Shown here: positions 1-9,453 of the stretch, piece by piece
Position numbering within the stretch: the stretch's first letter is position 1
Layout of the letters: each line of letters opens with the position of its first letter
Assembly: GCA_963783995.1 (NCBI GenBank)
Contig: CAWAPU010000001.1
Location: forward strand, 212,348 to 276,347
Origin: an uncultured Acidimicrobiaceae bacterium
Lineage (GTDB): Bacteria; Actinomycetota; Acidimicrobiia; Acidimicrobiales; RAAP-2
Direction: 5' to 3'
Length of the DNA stretch: 64,000 nt
Position numbers and translations under genes: made by a program
The notes under the pieces: generated by a model
What the model saw: the letters and a program-made list of their open reading frames with translations, nothing else
Database searches by the model: none
Told to the model about the DNA's origin: nothing

Positions 1-51
1 ACGGGTCGTCAGATCCGACCTGGCCTGGACAAAGGGGGCAAACTGTACGCA

Positions 52-1404
52 ATGGCGGAACGACCGGTTCCCGAGGTACCGCGCCCGCCCGGCCTCGCCG
101 GTGGTGGTGCGGGCGGCCTGAGCGAGCGTGTCGCGGACGCCGACCGCGACCGCACGGTCACGCTGTTGCGCGAGCACGTGGTGGAGGGGCGCCTCACCCT
201 CGACGAGTTCTCTGAGCGGATGGGGACGGCGCTCGAGGCCAGGACTCGCGGGGACCTCGACGCGGTCATGGCCGACCTTCCGGCGACGAGCTCGACCTCC
301 TCCCTGCCCGCGACGGTGGGCACTCCGCGCAAGACGAGCCGCTGGCACATCGCCGTGATGAGCGGGCACTCCACACGCGGCCGCTGGCGCATCGGCGGCA
401 AGACCAAGGCGGTCGCCGTCATGGGCGGCTGTGACATGGACCTGCGGAGCGCGGAGATCGAGGGTCCAGAGGTCGAGATCACCGCCTTTGCCTTCTGGGG
501 CGGCATCGACATCATCGTGCCTGAGGGCTTCGACGTCGAACTCCGCGGCTTCTCTTTCATGGGTGGACGCAGTCTCCGGCTCAAGGACGTGCCGATCGTC
601 CCTGGTTCGCCGCGCATCGTCGTCCGAGGCTTCGCCATCATGGGCGGGATCGACGTAAAGAGCCGCCCTCATCGCTCCGCCAAGCAGAAGCTCGGCCGTT
701 CGGTTTCCACGTCCGCCCTCGGTGCCTTGGAGGCGGCGTCGCAGTCGGGCGACTTCTCCGACCTGGCCGCCATCGGGAAGGATCTCCGTCGCGAGTTACG
801 CGACCAGTTCCGCCAGCAACGGCACGACCGGGATGACGCGGATCGCTCCACTCGTCGCAATCCGGCCGCCGATCCCGGCCCGGCGGATCGTCCGAGCGAC
901 GGCACGGTCACGATTTTGTTCTGCGACATGGTCGACTACGCCGGCATGACCGAACGCCTCGGAGACCAAGCGTCACACAGGATCCTCCACGAGCACCATC
1001 GCATCGTGCGTGAGGCGCTCGGTCGACACGGCGGCCGCGAGATAAAGGTCCAGGGCGACGGGTTCATGATCGCGTTCACCGGCGTCGCCCGCGCCATGCG
1101 CTGTGCCATCGACATCCAACGCGCTATCCGCGATTGCGTTCCTCTCGATGGCGAGAAGATCGCCGTGCACATCGGCATCAACACCGGGGACGCGGTGGAG
1201 GAAGAGGACGACTATCTCGGCTACACCGTCATCGTGGCCAGTCGTCTGGCCGACACAGCTTCGCCCGGCGAGATCCTCGTCTCGTCGCTCTCCGAACAGC
1301 TGGTGCAGGGCTCGGGCGAGTTCACCTTCGACGGCCACCGGGAGACGCACCTGAAGGGCATGGCCCGGGCGCAGCACTCGGCCACGTTGAACTGGGCCGA
1401 CTGA
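52..1404 (+). CDS. Class III adenylate/guanylate cyclase fused to an N-terminal DUF1707 (SHOCT-like) domain and a LiaF-C-like beta-rich module
   Basis: 450-aa ORF. N-terminus 'DRDRTVTLLREHVVEGRLTLDEFSERM' is DUF1707-type. Middle 'GGCDMDLRSAEIEGPEVEITAFAFWGGIDIIVPEGFDVEL' is LiaF/DUF2154-like. C-terminus 'VTILFCDMVDYAGMTERLGD...KVQGDGFMIAF...GINTGD' is a cyclase homology domain. Confidence 0.8.
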   Translation: MAERPVPEVPRPPGLAGGGAGGLSERVADADRDRTVTLLREHVVEGRLTLDEFSERMGTALEARTRGDLDAVMADLPATSSTSSLPATVGTPRKTSRWHIAVMSGHSTRGRWRIGGKTKAVAVMGGCDMDLRSAEIEGPEVEITAFAFWGGIDIIVPEGFDVELRGFSFMGGRSLRLKDVPIVPGSPRIVVRGFAIMGGIDVKSRPHRSAKQKLGRSVSTSALGALEAASQSGDFSDLAAIGKDLRRELRDQFRQQRHDRDDADRSTRRNPAADPGPADRPSDGTVTILFCDMVDYAGMTERLGDQASHRILHEHHRIVREALGRHGGREIKVQGDGFMIAFTGVARAMRCAIDIQRAIRDCVPLDGEKIAVHIGINTGDAVEEEDDYLGYTVIVASRLADTASPGEILVSSLSEQLVQGSGEFTFDGHRETHLKGMARAQHSATLNWAD

Positions 1405-1408
1405 ACCC

Positions 1409-2594
1409 GTGGATAACGGTCCCGATACGGGCCCGTGGGAACGCGCCGGGCTCTACGACCCTGATGCGCCCGAGGCGGACGAACGGCGCGCCCTCCTCCA
1501 GTATCTTGAGCGAGCGCGGCGCCACCATCGAACAGATGGTCGAGGCGCACGCGCAGGGGAGCCTCCCCGCCGTGGCCAGCGATCTGGTCGTGCGAGGGCA
1601 GAACGAGGTCGTGTCGGTCAAAGAGGTGGCTGCTCGCACCGGCATCTCGCTCGAGCGTGTCCTGCGGGTCCTCTTGGCCTCCGGCCTGCCCGTCGAGCCC
1701 GAGACCGAGGTGCCCGCAAAGGTCATCGACCTCCTCGCCGCGTTCGAACGAGGCTCCGAGCTGATGGGCGACGAGGCCATCCTTGCCTTCACCCGGGTTC
1801 TTGGCGCCGCCGCCATTCAGATCGCCGAGGCCGCCGTCGCGCTCTTCTATTCAGAACTCGGCCCCGGGACCGGACGCGAGGGCGGAGACGAACTGAACCG
1901 GGCGAGGCTGGCCGAGGCCGCGACGCTGGTCTTCACCGCGGTGCCCGACGTCCTGGCGCAGATGGTCATGGATCAATTCGAACGCGCACTGCACCGGGCC
2001 GCCACTGTGCGCGGCTGGGGTTTCGAGGCGGAGGGTGAAACCGGCATCTCCGACGCTGCCGTGTCCCAACTCTTCACGCTCGATGCCACTACCGAGCTCG
2101 TCGCTCTCGGCTTTGTCGACCTCGTCGGGTCGACCGCCTGGGCCGAGGCGCTCAACCTGCGTGACCAGTCGCTGGCGCTCTCCCGCTTCGAGTCGGCGGC
2201 CTGGTCGACGGCCGTCCTCAACCAGGGGCGAGTCGTCAAGATGATCGGTGACGAGGTCTTCTTCTCGGCCACCACCGCCGACGCAGCGTGCCGCATCGGG
2301 ATCGATGCCATCCGCGCCGCCGCCCAGGACGACGTTCTGCCCCTGGCGCGTGGCGCTGTGGGTTGGGGTTCGGCCACGCCGCGTGAGGGCGACTACTACG
2401 GGCCCCTGGTCAACCTTCTCTCGCGACTCGTCAAGGCGGGCGCGCCCGGGCAGCTCGTCGTGACCGAGTCGACGGCGGCCGCCTTGTCACCCGATGCCTG
2501 GAGCTTGCAGCCGCTCGAGGTCGACGACCTCCGGGGCATCGACCATCCGGTCAAGGCGTTCATCGTCGAACCCCGCACGCCGTCTGCCCCGTAG
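1409..2594 (+). CDS. Class III adenylate/guanylate cyclase with a cyclase-regulatory-like N-terminal region; apparent 1-nt frame break near 1508 (uninterrupted ORF only from ATG 1536)
   Basis: Cyclase domain 'LVALGFVDLVGSTAWAE...VVKMIGDEVFF...GPLVNLLSRL' lies in the frame of ORF 1134..2594. A plausible N-terminus 'GPWERAGLYDPDAPEADERRALLQYL' starts at GTG 1409, right after the upstream stop, in another frame. It joins 'SERGATIEQMVEAH' only after a +1 shift. Confidence 0.65.
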
Positions 2595-2631
2595 CCCAGC
2601 GCGGCGTGTAGCGCCGCGCTGGGCCGGAGCT

Positions 2632-4105
2632 TTAAGTGTCGCTGCCGAAGATTCGGTTGACCTTCCGTCCGGCCATGGCGAACAGCTCGCGCGGCCGGTA
2701 GTAGATCGTCAAGACCAGGAAGCCAAGGTCGATCAGAATGATGCCGCCGATGGCGAGCGCCCAGACGCCGTGGCCGGGGCCCGTGAACGCAAGGGAGCTC
2801 GGATCGGTGGCGGGTCTTCGCGGTAGTGCCAGAAGCACCACTGCCGGACGAGCCGGTGGCGGTCCCGGGCGACGGCGGGTTCGTCGGGCGTCGGCGTGCC
2901 GTTGCCGCCGGTGATCGTGGCCGTGTCGAGCGTCTCAGACGAGCTACTCGTGCACGTGATCGGGACGTTCGTGCGAGCCAATCGCGACGGTCAAGTCCAG
3001 GGGGCTGGCGCTGGTGAATTGCGGCTGCGTGACGGTCATCGAGGACTGCTGGCCAGCCGTGATGCTTCCGCCGCTTTGCGTCCCCGTCGACAACAAGGCG
3101 GCGTTGCTCGGGTAGCTAGCGGGCACGGTAAAGCTGCCGCTGAGATTGAGCGACGGCGTCCCGATCGCCACCCGTCACGATGAGGGGCAACGTGCCCGAG
3201 AAGGTGACGGTGGCTCCGGGCGTCGTCAATGCTTCGAGAGAGGTCGGGAACTCGATCACGAGCCCGAGTCCCGTATCGGGACCGTTCAACAAGTTCACGT
3301 TGCTCAAGAGGGAATTCGGTACGGCCTTGCTGTTGGCCGCCAGGTTGTCGACCGCCCCTGCGGCTACCGGGATTGGTCTCGAACACGCCCTCGGTCACTA
3401 CGGACGGCAGGTTCACGGGGACCTGTGCCGCGGTGCACGCAAGCGAGTAGTCGGCGAGTCGGCTGGCGCGTTCGAGGAGCCGTGGTGGTCTCGTCGTAGA
3501 GGACGGCGTCGTCGTGGTGGTCGTCGTCGTCGTGGATGACGTGGTCGTGGTGCCGGTATTGCCGGTGTCGCCGGTATTGCCGGTACCGCTCGCAAAGCCG
3601 AGGACCTGTGAGACCTGATCACCGTCCGTATCGCCAAAGGAAATCGTGCAGGCATCCCCGTTTGTCACCTGAGTGGGCGTGGGCGGGCAGGAATACGCGC
3701 CTGCATCCGTCGTCGCACTTCCGCTGCTCGAATCGGTCCCGGTAGTTGGTGGTCCTACTCGTCCCTCGGCAACTGTGAAGTTCGTCGCCGCGAGCACTCC
3801 CGACGCTGATACGGATGCTTCAGCATGGAGAGGGTTTGTGCATGAGACTGGATCTGATTGCCGAGCACCGCAATGGTCGGCTGATCGGGGTCGTTGTTGC
3901 ACTCGACGATCGCTCCGATGGCACTGTCGGACAAACCCGAGCCAGAGACAACCACAACCTGACCACTGGAAAGGTCCGTATCCGGAGCTACCGAAAATGT
4001 CGGAGCCGCGGAAGCTGTTGCTGCGAGGGCGATGGAGCCTGCCCCCGCCAAGAGCAATGCGACGGCGAAGCCGACGGTCGCACGCCTACGACGTGACGTT
4101 TTCAC
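2632..4105 (-). pseudogene. Sortase-anchored (LAFTG) surface protein with neocarzinostatin-like N-terminal domain and Thr-rich linker; at least 7 frame changes
   Basis: GTG 4105 is preceded by AAGGGGG. Signal peptide 'RRRRATVGFAVALLLAGAGSIALAATASA'. 'APTFSVAPDTDLSSGQVVVVSGSGLSDSAIGAIVECN' is NCS-like. Poly-Thr run 'TTTTSSTTTTTTTTTPSSTT'. C-terminus is 'LAFTGPGHGVWALAIGGIILIDLGFLVLTIYYRPRE', i.e. LAXTG plus TM plus basic tail. The coding signal passes through minus-strand ORFs 3755..4165, 3036..3902, 3116..3307, 2944..3171, 2733..2981, an unlisted Gly/Ser piece and 2632..2841. Confidence 0.7.
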
Positions 4106-4569
4106 GCCGCCCCCTTGATGTTGCTCGGAAACAGTTCCGAGCGCCGTTCTCCCAAACACGTGCACGCCTCACCTAGTGGTGCGACAACGTGTGCCTCCAG
4201 AATCGGTCTGACATCCCCCGTTGAGACTTGGCTAAGCTAAGAGCCGGACACCTCGTCGTCAAGCGCTGTTGTGGCTCTGAATATCCCTAAAACTGACGAT
4301 GTTGGGCCGAAAAGCGTCCCTTAACGTGCGCTGCCGGGGGCAGAGGCGCAAAGCGCAATGGGACGGACATCCGTTCGTCGCACTGCCCCCGTCCATACCG
4401 GGAAACGATGAGCGCGGGGATAGGAGGGGCAGCACACGTCCTACGAGGCGCCAGCGGAGGTTGGCGACTGCGACGGTTCGCAATCGTCTGTTATGTCCGC
4501 ATTGGAGCGACCGGAGGGGCAGTCATGCCGTCAAATGGGGGGATCCATTGAAGGAGACAATGTCTGTGC

Positions 4570-6312
4570 TTGGTTTCAAACGAAAGTCAGACGGACAGCG
4601 GAGGGCGTACAGCCCGAGTCGCTGCGTCGCTAGCGCTCATGATGGGCGTGCTCGCCGGAATCGGCGGTGCGATCATCGCGGGTTCCGCGCCGGTGTCAGC
4701 CGGCACGAGCCAATCATTTAGTTATGGCTGCTCATCATCGGCACCACGTACACCTTCGGCGCAGTGGTGTCCGAAACGCCCGACTTGCCGCAAGGGTCAC
4801 CCACGCCTCAAGTTGGTTCGACGTATGGAGAGACGTACTCGGTAACGATCACCATCCCGGTCATCCTGGATTTTCGGCGCCACGGCCGATGCCGCTCTCG
4901 ATCGGAACGGGTATGCGATCGACGCTGAGCATGGACGTCGTTCCTGGAGGGTCCGGCGGCTTCACCAAGGGACTCAGCCGACGCAGGCGGTAAGTGCCGC
5001 AGTGGGAGCCGGGCCCTCAGATACCGCTCACTACTAGTCCGGCACTCGTGCCCGTTCTCGCGTCGGGTAACCCGTCTCAGACGGTGACCTTTGACATGGA
5101 AGCCTCAACTGGACCACCACTCCAGGAACCGGCACCGGGCCCTGGACGTCTACTTTATGGGCCGGGCACTCGATTCCCACGTTTTCTTGGGCGCTACCCA
5201 GAGACACCCACATGTACCCCGAGCGGCACGGACCTGATCGAGTCAATGAGCACGGTCTCTCCCGCCGCCCGAGGATCCGACGGTGGTGGATCAGGCAGCC
5301 ACAGTTTCGTCTGGACAGGGCACGACGATTAATGCCCTCAACGGATCGGCGATGTGGGCGACAACATCAACCCGGCAAGCGTCGCCATCATTTCGGGGCC
5401 ATCGCACGGGACTGCTACTCCGAACGCCAACGGAACGGTCAGTTACCAGAACAACGGGGACAGTTCGGCCACGGACAGCTTCACCTTCCAGGTGCAGAAC
5501 GACACGCAGTCGGACCCGACAACTCCTGCACCGAATGGTGGATTGTCCAACATTGCGACGGCTAATATCTCCATCAGTTTCAACACCTGCAGCGCAGGCA
5601 ACGGTAATGCTGGAGGAGGCAGCGGTGGCACGCTGAACCGTGCAGCCTGCACCAGTTGATCGTGCTGCCGGTTGAACCGGGGAATATTCAGCTGGCCCAG
5701 AACGGCGGCCTGCCGGTCGACGAGCTTGGTAGCGCGTATCTGCGCAGCCCAGCCGACCCTGGCATCACGCTAACGGCAAAGAGCAGTTGGCCTGTGGCGC
5801 CCTGAGTCCCATCACGGTGACCAACGCACGGGTTGGACACCGGATGGCAGGTCACCGGGCAAACGACGGACTTCCTCGACCCCGGCCGACGCCGTGGGGA
5901 CGAAGTGCGACACGCCGGCGACCTACAGCAACCACTGCATCCCGGCGACACCACTTGGAACCTGCTGCGGGCGTAGCTCACGGCATCGTTCCGGGCGACA
6001 CCGCTCAGATTGCACCTGGTACCCAGATGGTTCCGATTGCGGCGACCGCACCTTCGGTCGCGGAACCGCTTCTGGGAACCGTGCAGCCGACCACGGGCGG
6101 CTTGGTCGTCGAGGCCCCGGTGGTGACAGGCCTAGATGACGGGCCGGTGGTCCTGTGTTCGACTCAGTCGTACCAGGCCGGGAACGTTCATCTGCGGTGC
6201 CAGCATTGAGTTGGCCGTGCCGGCCTCCATCGCGGAGCCCATCGTGGACAACAACACGTTGGGAGCTCCGGCTCCGGCTTACGAGGCAACGCTCACACTG
6301 ACGCTCTCGTAA
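4570..6312 (+). pseudogene. Secreted large surface protein A with Ig/cadherin-like repeat and C-terminal WxL-like module; multiple frame changes
   Basis: Signal peptide 'RVAASLALMMGVLAGIGGAIIAGSAPVSA' (alternative ATG at 4560). 'ASVAIISGPSHGTATPNANGTVSYQNNGDSSATDSFTFQV'. C-terminal 'TGWQVTGQTTDFLDP', 'KCDTPATYSNHCIP', '...APAPAYEATLTLTLS*'. Protein-like sequence hops among all three plus-strand frames (ORFs 4570..4845, 4994..5332, 5283..5636, 5354..5659, 5787..6209, 5894..6139 and unlisted pieces). Confidence 0.6.
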
Positions 6313-6364
6313 CTCACGAGCTGACGTGATGTCGCATTGCAGCTAGGTGCGGCTGGAAGTTGTA

Positions 6365-6393
6365 AAGGGGAGCGGGTTCATCCCGCTCCCCTT
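6365..6393 (+). terminator. GC-rich hairpin downstream of surface protein A (candidate intrinsic terminator, weak U-tract)
   Basis: A 12-bp perfect stem, aaggggagcggg (6365-6376) with cccgctcccctt (6382-6393), and loop ttcat. It lies 53 nt after the TAA stop at 6310-6312. Confidence 0.5.
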
Positions 6394-6528
6394 ACGCATC
6401 TTCTAGAAGCAAAGTCTTTTCCGGGCTTCGGGTATTCGACGACGCCTGACCCAATCGCCAGACAGCCGACGTTCGCGGCGAGGCGATGATCAATTTGCTG
6501 GGTGCCACCCTACGATCAGGAGGTGAGG

Positions 6529-9361
6529 GTGAAAAAGGGAGGGGCACGTCGGACCCTCGTCCTGTCTGCTGTGGTAATAGCAGCGATCGCCTCACTTTCT
6601 CCTCTCGGTATGTTGCGCTCGGCGTGCGGTCGTTGCCGCAAGTACAACGGCCTCTCGCGTAACGACGCCTCCGCGACGAGCGTCACGTCGGTCAGCCAAC
6701 AGCTCGCCCTGGACGTCACGGGAGCCCCCGCCCAAGTCGCTGCCGAACAAGACGTTCGACTTGGCGATTTCGGATCCCGGACAGACGCTCCCCGCCACCT
6801 TGCAGGGGTATCCCGTTACGGGAGAAAGTGACGTGACCGTGGTCTACCCGGTTCCAGCTGGGGCCACGCTCGTCTCGGCGTCGCTGAGTGGCGGGTCAAA
6901 CGTCGGAGCCGGGGCAACGGTCACGGAGGTCGCCGATTCTTCAGTCACGGGTCAAACCAACGTCGTGGAGACCGTGCCCGGTCCCATCCTGGCCGGCCAG
7001 ACGTTCTCGTTGCCCACCATCAACCTCACGGTGACCGCCTCCACAAACGTGGGGACCGCGATTTCTGCCGCTCTCCTCGCGTGCAGCCGGCGGCGCCGGC
7101 CACCGTCAGTGCTGACCCAGCCCTGACCGCCACTGTGCAAGTCAATGAGTCGGGGAATGGCTCGACTCCCGTGACCGAGACCTGTTGGCCATCCTCGGCG
7201 ATCCCGACGGTCCTTTCCAGCACCACCGTCGTATTCGTCGATACGACGCCGCCGGCCATTAGCCTGACGACTCCCTCGAAACGGTGCCGTGTACACGGTG
7301 GGCCAGGTGGTAGCTGCTTCGTACAGTTGCAGCGATATTGCCAGCTATGGCATCAGCACCTGCAACGGAACGGTGCCGAGCGGATCAGAGTTAGACAGAT
7401 CGACCACTGGGAGCACACGTTCACGGTGAGCGCAACCGACGATCACGGTACGCCCGCACAGCAGGGTGTGTCTATTACGTGAAGGCGGGACCGACGGCCA
7501 ACGTCATCGGCCCGACCGACTCCGGGGCCCTCACTTCGTCACCGGGACCTCTTGCAGCTTTGGTGGATCGGACTGCCCCGTTTCGGGTGCTCCAGAGGCG
7601 ACCTATGAGGTCGATTCGCCAGTTCCAAACGGTGGCACCTCGTCCTGGGCGATACGTTCAGTGTTCAGTGGCAGATCTTCGAACGGGCGGGTACTCAGCA
7701 ACCGGTGACGGTGCACCGGACCTGACGTGGACTGCGCCCGCACCGAGCGGTGCGTTATCGACGGCCCGGTGACAACGTCGGCGACTGGACTCGCGTCCCG
7801 GACGGTGGGGACGGGCTGCACAGCGCCGCCGGAGCCTGCACCGACGCGACCTGCTCGTCACACGTGTCCGTGCCGGGCGTCCTGGCTGTGAACGGCGTGC
7901 CGGAGAGCGGCGACCGATGGACCTACAGTGCCGTGAACGAGACCCAGCTCGTGATGAGTTGGTCCAAGGATCCATCTCCCGTCGTCGGCACGGACGGCCT
8001 GTATTCGGATGTCAGTTACACCGTGAAGGCGACTACCCCGGGAACCCTGGCGTTGCCCGGCTTCCCGGTCCTCACCGGCGCCATTGGTCTTGCCACAGGC
8101 TCGCTCGCAACACCGAGCCCGGCCGTCTCCTTTGCGGTCGTAGACCCCACTCCTCCCGCTGCTTCGGTTCTCTCCCCGATAAGCGGTGCCTTGATACGAT
8201 ATATGGCCAAACGGTCGACGCTGACTACAACTGTTCGGACCCCGTCGTCGTGATCACCTCGTGTGTAGGAACCGCGCCGGACGACACTCCCATCGATACG
8301 ACCAGCATCACGCCACACAACCTGCACACCTTCACCGTCACCGCTAAGAGATCTCGTCGGCAACACGTCCACCACGGAGGTGGAGTACTACGTGCAAGCG
8401 GCGCCGCCGGTCGCCAACCCGCAGAGCTTCTCAGTGGCCTGGGGAGCCGCCGCGAGCCTGCCGGTGCTCGGCAATGTGACGGTGACCGACTATCCGATCG
8501 ATCCGACGTCGGTGACCGTTGTCAGCCCGCCGTCCGACGGATCCGCCATAGCAAATCCGACGGAACCATCACCTTCACAGACAACCCAGCTCTCACGTAT
8601 GCGAACTACGTGCACACGGGAAACCTTGATGATCCCTTTTCCTATGAGGTGAGTGATCTCGACGGCAACGTGTCGAACGTCACCACAGTGAACCTTACTG
8701 TTCTCCCGCAATTGATGACGACTTCGCTGCCGTCCGTGCCCGAGGGCCTCACCCTGCAACAACCGCAAGCTCAACCCGTCGATTCGATCGGATCCTCGTG
8801 CGGCGGTCCCGGTGTGAGCTTGAATGGCAGTGAACTTGCGTCGTGCGGCGGGTTGGCCCCGGTGACCATTATCAATGACGGGACTGCCAACACTGGGTGG
8901 ACGCTTAGCGGTCAGATAAGTGATTTCGTGGACCCGTCGGCCGCGCCCGAGACGACGTGCGATATTCCCGCGAACTACAACGACCTCTGTATACCCGGGG
9001 GCGACCTCGGATGAACACCATCGGCCGAGGTGGTTTCCGTACTGCCAGGTTCGGGATCCGTGGTGACGCCGGGCCGGTCGATCAGTGCCGCCCTGCCAAC
9101 CTTGGAGAACCCGCAGGTGCCGGTGGGAAATCCATCTCCGGCCTGGTCCGATGGCCAGACGTCTCAGCGCCGGGCGCTTCGTTGACCGCTCCGCCCGGTC
9201 TTCACGACGAACCTCAAGTACTGTGCCAGGCGCCAACAAACGCCTCAGAGGGATGGTTCGTCTGTGGGGCTGCGCTGAGCCTGCCTGTCCCGGCTTCGAC
9301 CGCTGCATCCAGCGGCTCGGGATACCAGGCGACGCTCACCCTCACGCTCACACTGTCCTAA
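6529..9361 (+). pseudogene. Secreted large surface protein B with HYR/Ig-like domains and C-terminal WxL-like module; about 10 frame changes
   Basis: AGGAGG at 6518-6523, then GTG at 6529, reading 'VKKGGARRTLVLSAVVIAAIASLSP'. Two 'TPPA..L..P..G..Y..GQ.V.A.Y.CSD......C.GT.P.G..IDT...G.HTFTV.A.D' units at about 7240-7450 and 8150-8350. C-terminal 'APVTIINDGTANTGWTLSGQISDFVDPSAAPETTCDIPANYNDLCIPGGDLGWTPSAEV...CGAALSLPVPASTAASSGSGYQATLTLTLTLS*'. Coding passes through ORFs 6502..6831, 6761..7126, 7081..7482, 7466..7708, 7479..7772, 7750..8253, 7917..9014, 8380..8652 and 8957..9361. Confidence 0.6.
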
Positions 9362-9453
9362 AGTGAGCGAGCCATTTGGTGATCGAGGACGCGAGGCGAA
9401 ATGGCGGTCGCGTGTAGGAAAAGCAAAAATGTGGCGGGCTGGGGAGGAGCCCA

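Noticed and set aside
1134-1535. N-terminal extension of the second cyclase offered by the ORF track (start at 1134).
   Set aside because: It overlaps the 3' end of the upstream cyclase by 270 nt and translates to an Arg/Gly/His-rich string. The 1409 frame gives a far more protein-like N-terminus.
4344-4362. 'GGCGCAAAGCGCAATGGGA', reminiscent of the 'ACGCAAAGC' core of c-di-GMP-I (GEMM) riboswitches, upstream of surface-protein genes.
   Set aside because: The surrounding sequence lacks the paired GNRA-tetraloop/receptor hairpins and the other conserved GEMM positions as I recall them. This cannot be supported without a covariance-model scan.
4299-4721. 140-aa ORF spanning the divergent intergenic region into the WxL-like gene.
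   Set aside because: Its translation is Arg-rich. It runs through the SD and start region of the downstream gene and has no recognisable domain. It was useful only as a coordinate check.
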